DNA of 64,000 bases from Octopus vulgaris (Eukaryota): contig OX597815.1 in the NCBI GenBank assembly GCA_951406725.2, positions 175,894,001-175,958,000 of the forward strand, in the 5' to 3' direction. The notes under the pieces are model-generated. The model searched no databases. It worked only from the letters and a program-made list of their open reading frames with translations, and was not told the DNA's origin. Position 1 is the first letter of the stretch; every line of letters begins with the position of its first letter. Shown piece after piece: positions 51,879-64,000 of this stretch. A program made the translations under genes and the position numbers.

Positions 51879-53594
51879 AAAGTATGCGTGTGATATATTA
51901 GGAATGTTTACCTTATGTCTAATGAAGAAATAAACCCGTGTAACTTAAAGCGAAACTAAATAGAATTTCGATATTTTATAGCAATATTATAGGAAGAAAA
52001 AGAAAGGGAAAATATGGAAGAAAGAAGAAAGAAAAGCAACATATGATACTCGATCTGTGTTGAAGACTTAGTGCGGTTTAACAGGACTAGAAGAAGAAAG
52101 AGAAATCACGTTGAAAGACAGAGCATCGATGGTGAAAGTAAATACACATCCTCCCGGTTAGGCACGGCAGATAAGGTTAATAAAATCTGATAACCAGAAA
52201 TAAATGCTGTTCACGTGCTTGCACTTGCAGAGGACAATAGATCTAGGGACAAATAGCTTATAAAATCACCACACACGACTCTAGTAGCAGTAGTAGTAGT
52301 AGTAGTAGTTGTAGTAGTGCTGGTGGTGATAGGTGGTTTGGTGGGTGTGGAAGGAGGTTATCTGCAAGCATAAAACTGCAGACTCGACCATATCGATCAG
52401 GCTGCTGCCGTTGGTGTTTAGATTGTGCTCGGGTTTCAGACCGAGTCGATGTCTGCGGCGAATGATACGGACAAAGATGGAGCAATGAAGTTTTTGAGTA
52501 TAAACATCGCAACGCAGCGCTTCGAATGATTTTTGAGGATGAAACGCAATAACGCTAACTTCTATTTATAGAAGTGAAAAATCGGTTGGTGCTGATTAAA
52601 TGCAATGAATTGGTGCCCAGAAGATGGAATCGTTATAATAGCAGGGGAATCGAGAGGAAAACGCAACACCTTCGTCTAAAAGTAGTTGCAATTGCAGTTA
52701 GGGATTGAAGACTTACTAATCATTTAGAATAACGATTCGCCACACCAACAAATATTAACCCCCACGCATAATCAGTATTAGTGAAATTCGTTGTCCCCCC
52801 ACCCCATACTGTTTGTATCCTTGTAATTATTCTTTCTTCACAATGATAATGGACAAATTTAAAATGATTAAAGTCATCAAAATACTATACACAACAGCGT
52901 GATCACCCTCTCTTCACTCTGTAAGTGTCTCTCAGGGTGAGGCGCAACTCCTCCACGAGAAACACTAATCTGTGTGATCTCTCTAGCGTGGAGAACATTT
53001 GTCTGCTACGGAACCTTGATCAAGTTAGGAGGCACAATTTTCCTTCACTATAACCAGCAACTATCCAGACGTGTAGAATGTTGTGTTCATGTTGAGATCT
53101 GCAGTTTCAAACTGTAGGTTTAACTCTTTCCGATCGACGTTGTCTGTATGAGAAAGCATCCGAGATTATGATGTCTAGCATTTGCAAAGCTTGTGAATGT
53201 GTTAAACTCACTGAGACAGCGATAGCATTAGAATCGTTAGGACTGACCGTCGTGCGAGATTTAGAATTCTCTGATTTGACGAGGAAGTTGAACTTGAGAA
53301 GTTAAGTTTGAGACTTACTTTGTGTGTATGAAGTGGTAGTAGATGCAGCAGCAGAAGCAGTGGTTAACATCGGTAACAGGACGTTTTATTGAAATGGAAA
53401 AAGCTAGAGCGAATGAATTGCTTTTGTTTAGTATCTTAAAATACCAGGACAACACAGCAGTAGAAATGTACCTTAGTTAAATTCGGCTTTTTATTGAGCA
53501 GAACGATGTGAAGGTAAGTGATATGAAATGGTATGAAAACCATATGCTGCTCACAAGTACTTATATATTAATGCGTCTGGATTTAGCGGAAGAG

Positions 53595-53701
<107 letters not shown>

Positions 53702-54399
53702 TGTGTACGGGATATCAGGAAGTGATTTCTAATAAAACTTGATAGCTTCAGGCCGACAGGGAAGAGAAAAGAAGAGACAGTGAGGCTGGCAGAAATGTTA
53801 CAACACGGAATATGTATCAGTAACTTCACCATTAAGCAATAAAGACAGTTTGCATGTCGGCACAACGGTAAATGACTATAGAAGAGTGAGCTCTCACTAT
53901 TCATGTTTGCCATGCGCTTTCATTCCTCGTTTGGCGCCATCTCACTTACGCTAGTAAAAGTATCCGTAACATCATGTGCCTGTCTCTTCACAGTCCGGCT
54001 TTGATGCAAAAACTGTAAGTTCAGTTTAACCAATGGAAAACTAAATTAAAGATAGAAACGCAACTCACTTGCCACACATTCCAATGAAATCGTTTTCTTT
54101 TAATTTTTTGCTTAATTGGACGTAAAGATGACACCGTGACTTGGTCTTTCCAGTGGTAAATATAATGAAACTGTTTAAAACGTGAAGACAACTAGACTTG
54201 TACGGAGTTTATTATATTCAGGTAGATTACAATCCATATTTCCCCAATATATAAAATACATGTCCGAAATATATCACTTCTTATGAACCCACTTTTCTGA
54301 CGATTTATAGGTGTTCGAGCTAAATTTGACGATTTCTGACTCGCTTTTTCAGGAGCAGCTTGATGGATTAGTGAACAGTTAAAGCGCTGAAGAGCATAA

Positions 54400-55350
54400 T
54401 AAGTGAAGACATAGTTGAGAAGAAGTGAGCTGTAAGCCATCTGAATATTGGAAAAGAGTTAGCTGCATCATGAGGATTCGCGCCGGGTGTCTAAATACCT
54501 ATTTCTTTACTGCCCACAAGGGGCTAAACACAGAGGGGACAAACAAGAACAGACAGACGGATTAAGTCGATTACATCGACCCCAGTGCGTAACTGCTACT
54601 TAATTTATCGACCCCGAAAGGATGAAAGGCAAAGTCGACATCGCTGGAATTTGAACTCAGAACGTAGCGGCAGACGAAATACCGTTTAGCATTTTTTCCG
54701 GCGTGCTAACGTGTCTGCCAACTCGCGGCCTTCCGGGTGTCTAAATACCGACTTCATGACCGCTGCTCAATGCTCTGTGAACACTGTAAAGGTTGTAAGA
54801 CGTGTCATGAACAGCTGCAATGAAGATGACAAAGCTGTAACCAGTAGGAACGGACACATCATATGTCCTGCATGCGACCGAACGCCAGCATAGTGAATAG
54901 TGTATTAGGCTCATATCAGACGGCTACATGAAGCTGCTGGAAACTGTGATCAAGCCCTGGTTCGAGAGAGTTGCTGTTGGAAGGCTATAAATAAACTCCA
55001 TGCCATACTTCCAGAAAGAGTCAGGAATAGTTGACGGAGAATTCCTTCGAATCCATCAGCCCGAATTTCTGGCCTCCTAATTCTCCTGAATGTGGGAAAC
55101 GCGGTTGAGAAGGACACCAACCACTCCACTACGGCTAAGCCGGTGGCTGAAGGAGGTGTTCGAAGATCTGCTCAGGGACGCAGTCAGGAACGCACAAGCA
55201 CCAGGTTCCGGAACCAAATTGAGACCATGGTGGAAGCTGGAGGCAGCTACTTAGACTAAATTGTTATCTGCCAGCCACATTCTAGTTGATGATGTCTGAA
55301 ATTTTAAAAAGAATTATTTTTGGAAGGGATGTTTCCTTTTCTTTACCTTT
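54400..55350 (+). mobile_element. Decayed Tc1/mariner transposon remnant, interrupted by a SINE
   Basis: LLETVIKPW..., SPNFWPPNSP (WPPxSPD motif) at ~55058-55087; boundaries uncertain. Confidence 0.65.
54500..54732 (-). mobile_element. SINE family A with 17-bp TSD
   Basis: CCGGGTGTCTAAATACC at 54483-54499 and 54733-54749. Confidence 0.93.
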
Positions 55351-55551
55351 TACGTAAACTATGCAATTTAGCGTGAACAGCCAGCAAATCGATTGCCTGA
55401 ACCGACAAACACACCAAATACATTGTATTATCTATGTATTTATATTTGTATCTTACTACCAAAAACGTCGAATGGTAACTATAAATGTACAAAGTGTATC
55501 AACGATGCTAATGTTCACGTGCGCGCGCACGCGCACACAAATGTATTGAGC

Positions 55552-55591
55552 AGTAACCACTCAGTACAGTTTGATATACTGAGTGGTTACT
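55552..55591. repeat. Perfect 15-bp stem hairpin
   Basis: AGTAACCACTCAGTA-CAGTTTGATA-TACTGAGTGGTTACT. Confidence 0.9.
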
Positions 55592-55842
55592 ATTAGCGCG
55601 CATAGCCACGACAGATTGAAAGGATGTGCGCGAAGCCGAGAATTTGAGTTTACGGAGCACAGAAACAATATTTATATATCACTTGATGAAACACAAGACC
55701 TTATAATGTAGGGAAACGGTTACATAACCAAATAGATGCGAAGCTGGAGCACTACGTTCGGTGAAAACAATTGTAGTGATTACATATAAATGTTCCTCTG
55801 TACTCCTTTTTGATGACTCCAACTTATTTAATTATGTGTGTA

Positions 55843-56073
55843 TGTGTTTACGTGAGTGAACTTCAGCACCGTTGATAGACACACTGACATTCAGATATAA
55901 ATTGTGCCTACACACATACACACACACACACACACACACAAACATACACACACACACAAACAGACACACACAGACACACACACACATATATATATATATA
56001 TATGCAGACACAAATTTATATCTGAATGTCAGTGTGTCTATAAACGGTGCTGAAGTTCACTCACGTAAACACA
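55843..56073. repeat. Inverted repeat (~68-bp arms) enclosing a microsatellite spacer
   Basis: TGTGTTTACGTGAGTGAACTTCAGCACCGTT..CAGATATAAATT mirrored at 56004-56073. Confidence 0.9.
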
Positions 56074-56096
56074 CACACACATATATATATACACAC

Positions 56097-56141
<45 letters not shown>

Positions 56142-56248
56142 TCACATCACATGCGCACAACTATGTGATCGCGCACAAATACACAAGGGTACACACTTGC
56201 TCACTGAAAAGGAATTCTCATACATACATGGATGATTTCTCCCTCTCT

Positions 56249-56335
<87 letters not shown>

Positions 56336-58044
56336 CGAGTTTGTGTGTATGTTTTCATGCACACACTTGTTTACGATCTTCATAGACATGCTTCTTATTG
56401 ATGTCTCAATATCCCCCAGAGATAAACAAACGTGTAGGTAAATTCTTGGAGAAGATAATAAGCTTGTTAGTTAAGTGTAGAATAGTTTCTGTATCATCAG
56501 TGAATCACTATAAATCACCTTTCTTTTACTTCCCTCCTCCTCCTCCTACTACTGCTGTATTTACTAACGTTGTTTCATCCTTCCTTCCTCCCCCTCCCGT
56601 GCTTACAACACTGTTGTCTCATTCCTTTTTTGTCACAATGTAATAAAAATGTGTAGCGAGCCTCCTTCACTTTTCTTAAAATAACTTCTTTCACATTGAG
56701 CAATTGTAATTCTTGTTGAACGTAACGTTGCATGTTGTCATTTGATCTTTCTGTGCTAGATTTGCCATTCGTTTCGTTTCTGTATTATGATTACGTACAA
56801 AGATGAGGAATGCCGTCTAAATTAAGGCAACTCACAGAAGCAAGTAGTATTCCTAGTAGGTGAATAGGACAGTTTCTAATTAGATGGAATTGTGAGTGAA
56901 GTGGCAGGCGAACAGAAAAAACAGAAATGTTATTGTATATAAAAGAAGGGAAGGGAGGAGAAATAAAGGCAGAAAGAAGTAGAGAGAAAAATAGTACGAA
57001 GTGCAGAAGACGTTTGTAAATATCTGACGCTTCTATCTTTGTGTGGAAGCACGCTATCAGATGAGCGGTGAGTGAAGTTTTATTGTAGTTTGTGTATTTA
57101 GTCTGGAGTTGGGACTGATTGAGCAGATGTGTAATAAAAAGGAACTCAACTGACAAGCGATTCATTTGCAGTGTTCAGGTGTACTCTATCTCAAACTACA
57201 TCGTTCAATATTGTTGTTTACAACTGTCGGATGTGCTTTGTATACGATGAGGAGATGGTATTTATATGTCCAGCGACTAAATAGGGAGACATTATATTTG
57301 AAAAACAATAGAGAAACGGTTATAATGTTAGGTCACTGCTGCGACTGCCTGAGTGCTTTTTTGTGTCTTCGTACGCGAAAGCTTCTCTGATAAATAGGCG
57401 ATCTTGAAAACAGTCCGTAAGGGTCATGGCATATTGTCACTTTCCACTGGAAGAAAATCATTAACTATAAAATGAAACGAAAACGTCATCGCATCTTATG
57501 AATAGCAACGAGCCAGAACTCTCAAAGGCGATACAAATTCTCAACCACACTCACACAAAGGAATTCTTTGAGCAAACCCTTATCCCCAGCATAGCTAATG
57601 CCTCCTCTTCTTCAGTGCCAATGAATAGTTGAACTCCCTACAACTAGTACCACTGTAGAAAGCACATGATATTTGCAATGGGATACTCTTCCCACGTAGA
57701 CGTCCAAAGAAAGATCACTGGACTGCCTAGCACCAGGTCACTCGCCCTTACAATCCCAAACAGCACACTCTGCAACCTCCAACTTTTCCGTTTCAACAAC
57801 ATTGCTTGCCTCTCCTCCACACAATCTCCTGGACCCGTGCCATTTGCTCTAAGGTACACCCATCTCATTCGTTTCTCCTCAATTACCACAATAAATTTAT
57901 GCTCCAGTTGGGTTTGCACTAATAAGTAGAATAGGATCCCCTGCATTGGTGTACATTGAGATTTAGGGGGTGATACTTCTTGAAGGTCAGATGAGTGCGT
58001 ACGGCCTTAATAGTTACCAAAAAGGCATTAGTAAAAAGTGTTTT

Positions 58045-58056
58045 ATATATGTATAA

Positions 58057-58105
<49 letters not shown>

Positions 58106-58119
58106 TCAGACACCCTCAT

Positions 58120-58158
<39 letters not shown>

Positions 58159-58254
58159 TATATATATACAATAGATATATATATATACAATAGATATATA
58201 TATATATATACATATATACAATAGATATATATATATATATAGATATATATATAT

Positions 58255-58316
<62 letters not shown>

Positions 58317-58318
58317 CA

Positions 58319-58349
<31 letters not shown>

Positions 58350-58408
58350 CAATATATATATATATTATATATATACAATATATATATATATATATATATA
58401 TACAATAT

Positions 58409-58450
<42 letters not shown>

Positions 58451-58545
58451 ATATATATATATTTATAATATATATATATATATACAATATTTATATATAT
58501 ATATATATACAATATATATGTATATATACACACACACACACATAT
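58045..58545. repeat. Long compound (TA)n tract punctuated by CAA/GA
   Basis: About 500 bp dominated by TA with recurring TACAATA units. Confidence 0.9.
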
Positions 58546-58816
58546 TTGTGTGCGCGTGCGCTTGTAATATATACATGAACGTATTTGTATGTGCGTGTGT
58601 GTGTACGCAACGTATGGGTGAATGGTTAAGACGCTTTTATCCGCGTAGTTCGGATCCAACCTTGATACGTGGAATCTTATGGACCCAGAGCTTGTAAATG
58701 TAAGGAGATAGTTTGGATAGTTATATTGCGAAAGTTAGAACCTTGTAAAACACCCTTGGAACACCCTCGGAGAACCAAATTGTTATCGTCGAACAACGTG
58801 CATCCAGCATTCATAG

Positions 58817-58852
<36 letters not shown>

Positions 58853-60233
58853 ACACCAGCATGCACACGTGCGCACATCTCACTTACACGCACACGCGCG
58901 TACACACATACGCGTGCATACACACATATAGTGTTGAATGGAACTTTGAGTTTCGGCTTGTTTAACAAGCAAAGAACGTCTCGCTTTTGGTGTTTCTATT
59001 GGGAAACAGCTGGAATTCCTCGTTAAGAAAATTTAATAATTTACATTTGTTGCGAAAATGTGAATAAAAGAAATATATATTTCGCTTATAGTAGAAATCA
59101 CATGAAATACTCAAAAGACTACAAGTCAAATTGAAAGGTGGATGACAAAGAAGCAGTAGAAAATCAGGAAGGGAGATGAAAGTGAAACATTAAAATAATG
59201 AGAGTAATTAAATTAGTAAATAACAGATAAAATAAAGTAGAGAATAAATAAAGCTATAATTGGATTGGGAAATAATTAACGTTAAATGAAAGTAGCGAAG
59301 TGTTTAAAATGAAATTGGGAGGTAATTAAATGGAGAAATTAAACTGAAAGCTTTATCCTTAAAATGTGTTGTGAGCTGAATTCCATATCGGCTATAAAAC
59401 ACCAAACGAGAAACTTTTTATCAAAGCATTTCTTCGCTTTGCTTAGCTAAACTCACTGTGGTTATCAATGGTGTTTGGTGTATTGTCGTTGACGATCAGA
59501 TTTCTGATAAAGAGATCATTTAGAACAATAGAACAGAAGATCGTATGTATGGTGTGGGGGAATTTGTACTTAGCTGTCTCTCAACTTATGGTCACCATAC
59601 AATGACGGGATTTGAGACGATATACATACGGCAAAAGAAAAAATGCCTCATTGCAATAGGTGTGTTGTTAGGAGAGTATTGGCACTCAAGCCCTTGGAAC
59701 GAAAACATGAAAATATTGGCACTCAAGCCCTTGGAACGAAGCTGCAAAATAAATGCAGAGGAGCACACACATACACACACACACACGAAAATGATGTAGT
59801 ATCTAGTAACAATGTTTGGGATTGGAAGCTAGAGTAATCCTCAAATTTGATGTCACAGAAAAGTGCAAATGTCCTACTATTATAGCAATATTGAAATAAC
59901 TTTCGGTTTCCAACCGTTCCATACTCTATCCAAATGCTTAAAAACAGCAGATGGGAAAGAGTGTAGGTGGTCCTAAGAAATGCTTTAACATATTTTCATC
60001 TGAGATTCCAGACGAGCTAAGAGCACGGAAAGAAGTGCAAGGGGGTGCAGCAATATCCTATCTCCTCGTTTACTTCATTTAGCGAGGAGAAATGGAAGTA
60101 AACATTAATAGTAGTACTCCGACATGATCAAAGCGGACGGGCAAATGAAAGCATGTGTGTGTGTGTGTGTGTTTGTGTGCAGGGGTGTGTATGTGTGTGT
60201 GTGATTACATGTGTACGCGTGTGTATGTATATA

Positions 60234-61247
60234 TTGGATTGGCCAAAAATACCGTTCGGTTTTAGTCGGCACCAAACTTCAAGCACTCTAATAAGTGGCT
60301 AATTTCAGTCTGTCCTTTGAGTTAGCACACTCGTTATATACTAGGCACTTCAACGCAGTTCGAAGCGAACTTGCGACGAGACAAGTTGCATTTTTTGTAC
60401 TTGGGATCATCCCGAGAAAGAACCACAAAAAAGACATGATCGACATGCCATGCTTTTATGTTTCCAAAAAGGCACGAAAGAGTGGAAACCTGCTCGAAGA
60501 TATGCACTGTGTAGAGAGAAGATACTGTTATAGAACATGTGTTCCAGGTGTGGTTTTCAAGATTTCGTCGTTTCACGATTGATCTTGCTCTGGGCGGCAG
60601 CCGAGATTACCAGCGACAAAATGAAGGATTAGACACCAATCCACGTTACGCATCCAGGATGATCGCAGATATTCTCCAAATATCCAAGCCAAGTGTTGAA
60701 AACCATCAACTTGGTTACGATAGGGGGCTTGATACTCGGTTCCACATCAATTGAATGAGGCTAACTTCGATTTGCGGATTTCTATCTGTGATCTGTTGGA
60801 TAAACATGAAGAAAAAACAGGGATCCACTAAAGGCGCCCATGATTTGCTAATCGTGAGGGCATTTCCCTTCATCACGACAATACCAGACCGCATTCTTCT
60901 TTACAGACATGGCAGATGTAACTGAGATTTGGCTGGGGAAATTTGTTGCACACCCCATATTCGCCAGACTTTTCGTTTTCATACTTCCCTTTCTTTTGAT
61001 TATTTCAAACTTCATCCAATGGACAGACCTGCAACTTTGAAGAGGGTTTAAAAATTCCTCTCGAAAAATTTTTTTGGCCGAGAGCTACAGGAAATTCTTC
61101 GAGCAGGGAATAAAGCATATGCCTACAAGATGGCAAAAAATATTGGAACGAAACGGTAATTATATGATTAGTTGAATAAATCGCTTTTTGTTTAAAACTT
61201 GCCTTATTTTCGGTTAAAATACGGAACGGACTTCCCGACCAACCCTG
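60234..61247 (+). mobile_element. Mariner transposon, decayed and internally deleted, TIRs and TA flanks present
   Basis: TA|TTGGATTGGCCAAAAATACCGTTCGG ... CGGAACGGACTTCCCGACCAACCCTG|TA; LHHDNTRPH and LLHPPYSPDF motifs. Confidence 0.88.
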
Positions 61248-61377
61248 TATATAACGCATAAACAAAGTCTGAGCGATTACTTTAAGATACATGGCGTATT
61301 ACATAAATATGCCTGTTCAAGTATTATCATAACAGCATGAAACTATTAGTAGTTCTTTCGTTTATGTATTTAATTTG

Positions 61378-61437
<60 letters not shown>

Positions 61438-61761
61438 TAGACCTGCCAACATTTTATCCCACATTGAGGGAGTCTCTGGTGACCTATAACGGAGATTTGA
61501 TCTACTGTTATGATCCAGAGACCAACAAACAGAATGCCAAATGAAAGCATCCTGGCTTCCTCAAATCCACGAAAGCCAGGCAATGCAAGTTCACCAAGAA
61601 TCTCATGATGATTTTCTTTCTTGATAGCAAATGTATCATCTAGATTCACTGAATTCCTTCTGGGTGAAAGGAGAGCAGAAGTTGTTTTATCTTTATTTTG
61701 GAAGCTGAAAACTTCACATTTTAGTCCAAATTTCTCGTTTTCGAATGATTGTATATAGCAG

Positions 61762-61799
<38 letters not shown>

Positions 61800-61802
<3 letters not shown>

Positions 61803-61975
61803 TCCGCTACGTTCTGAGTTCAAATTCCGCCGAGGTCGACTTTGCCTTTCATCCTTTCGGAGTCGATAAATTAAGAACCAGTTACGCACTGGGATCGATG
61901 TAATCGACTTAAACCGTTTGTCTGTCCCTGTTTGTCCTCTCTGTGTTTAGCTCTTTGTGGGTAGTAAAGAAATAG
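61800..61975 (+). mobile_element. SINE family A, 5'-truncated
   Basis: CGTTCTGAGTTCAAATTCCGCCGAGGTCGAC...GTGGGTAGTAAAGAAATAGG. Confidence 0.9.
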
Positions 61976-64000
61976 GTTTTATTCATAAATCTGGAAAGTT
62001 ATGAAACGAACTTATTAACCATTCGGCCATCCTGAATTCACAGCTTAATGAACAACAAGTACAACATACGTCTGTAAACGTGAACTACTTGTGAGCTCGA
62101 TTACTTGATACATGTCTTAATACCCTGCAGATGTAATTGGTGAAACACAAACACAGTCTTACAAATGCACTTATATAAGTAATACTATAGCTAGATATCT
62201 AATTTTTACATCTCATTGCTTACTCTCACTCAGAGTGTTGCCATAGCTATGCTGACTGGTTTTCATATAAGCCTGCAGATAAGAATTTCATATCGGCGAT
62301 AGCACACTTAATACGAAAATTACTATCGAAACAGATAACGGCAGTTTGATTAGATAACACTACTTGGCTTATCGATGGTATTTAGTGAATTATTGCTGGC
62401 GCCCAGCTTTCTGACATAGAAACATCTTTTTACTGCTTCCCATTTCCTTTCAACGGGCAATTAATTATTTAATTACCAATACTAATGGGGTTTTATAGTT
62501 TTAAAACAACAAGGGACTGGTTATATATTAATATTTTCACCTCAATACGCTTAAGGCATAAAAAGACTATTATGGTTTTGTATTTCGTTACGACTCGAAG
62601 ATATACACACATTAAAAAGTAAATAAACGCAGTTGAATATTCAGACGATGAAGTTTATTAAACTAACATAAAATGAAAATTAAAAGCAAGAAAAAAAAAG
62701 TGGATAAAAACGAAGAAAGGAAAGCAGTAATAAAAACTGTAAAATTATCACATAATGCTGTGAAAATACATTGCGTGATAATTTGGCGATAAATTGAAGA
62801 TAGGATTAAACAAATTTCTGAAAGTATTTCAATAAAATCTCAAAAGTATTTCTCTTCTATACGAAACATGAAAATATCACTACCATAAATCTTTTGACAT
62901 AAGATTAATGTTTTTATTAAACAAATCTTAAGATTCTAAACTTTGGTTTAAAAAAATATTGATAACCATCGAATTTTGGGATAAAAATCTTCAGTCGTTT
63001 CAAGGCAATTTTTACTCTGACTCGACAGTAAGTAGATTTTCTTACAAGAAAGAAATAGAAAACCTACTTTCCAAGATTTGGTTTAGTGATGATAGTGAAA
63101 GCATTAGATATTCTTTGAAAGAGCATAGATTTCCAATGTTTTGTGTGAAAATGAATATGGGATAAGAAAGAAATTCTTTGTAGTTTGATCTAATAAACTA
63201 CAGGTCGTACAACAGCGCCGTACGCAGCACTACTTAACCGACTTGGTTCCATGTATTGTAGAAAAAATAGCAGTTTGTTCCTTTCTAACTCTGTGTTTAA
63301 TTAAGAGAGGGACTGACAAAGTCAGAAAATGTGCTATCCCTCTGATAGCCAGCCCTGCCCGCGTTTATTGCTACCCCAAAATAAATACAGTCAAAGGAAC
63401 TCATCATCCGTTGTTAAGTACGGAACAAGTTTCCAGAATCAATTTTGAAGGACAAGAATTTCATTTTTTCGCCTCTGGTGAGGAAAACGACATTATATAT
63501 TTGAAAGAGTTTAAACTGTTCTAGTCAACTTCAGATGAATTTATTATCCTTATATCAGATTTCATTTGGATTAGAACTCAGAAATAGTGTCAGAAATTCA
63601 TAGCTTGTATTAATTTTACCTATTTTACTTGGATAAGTCGCAATTTTTATCAAATATACTTAATCAAAATGGAATAACTTCAATTGTTGTAACTGTTAGT
63701 TTGTACCTTTCTTACCAAAGAATTTCATTGCAGAAACTCCACGATGACAATACTTTTATTACTAACTTCACTCATCACAGAACTTCCAAGTTTTATTATT
63801 CGAAATTTGTTTAATAATTGGCATGAAGATGATAATGGAGTTCAAACTCCATAATTTCGAGTCTTTTATTGCCACAAACTCATTGAAATAAGCACAAAGT
63901 CAATACCTCAGTCATTCTATCCTCTGCGTATCGCTCAACTAAAACACGTGATCTTATACTATCTTAAGGAATTAGTAATTAACAAATATACTAACAAATT

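Noticed and set aside
57520-57900. Possible RTE-type endonuclease remnant on the minus strand
   Set aside because: Only vague motif resemblance; cannot be supported without a profile search.
59677-59740. 27-bp direct repeat TATTGGCACTCAAGCCCTTGGAACGAA with a 10-nt spacer, superficially CRISPR-like
   Set aside because: Only two copies, spacer too short, eukaryotic context and no cas genes; a local duplication.

Overview
AT-rich, microsatellite-dense animal genomic DNA. The SINE families resemble those I associate with octopus (inference, not searched). No intact protein-coding gene is visible, and nearly all ORF-track entries are translated microsatellites. The window is a transposon mosaic: a Helitron with a decayed Pif1 helicase and both ends (4152-7009), about 20 tRNA-derived SINE copies, non-LTR fragments (R4/Dong-like, CRE-like, Hero/NeSL-like, L1/Tx1-like), Penelope-like (PLE) RT and GIY-YIG fragments, two Tc1/mariner remnants and a 1.08-kb tandem duplication. 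The main unexplained signal is a set of head-to-head palindromic elements whose arms carry minimal type I hammerhead-ribozyme folds with palindromic stem III and three different non-canonical cores. One has a swapped G3:C8 pair, and one directly flanks a GIY-YIG endonuclease. The commonest SINE also shares its 3' tail with the L1/Tx1-like LINE. All structures were read by eye and boundaries of decayed elements are approximate.
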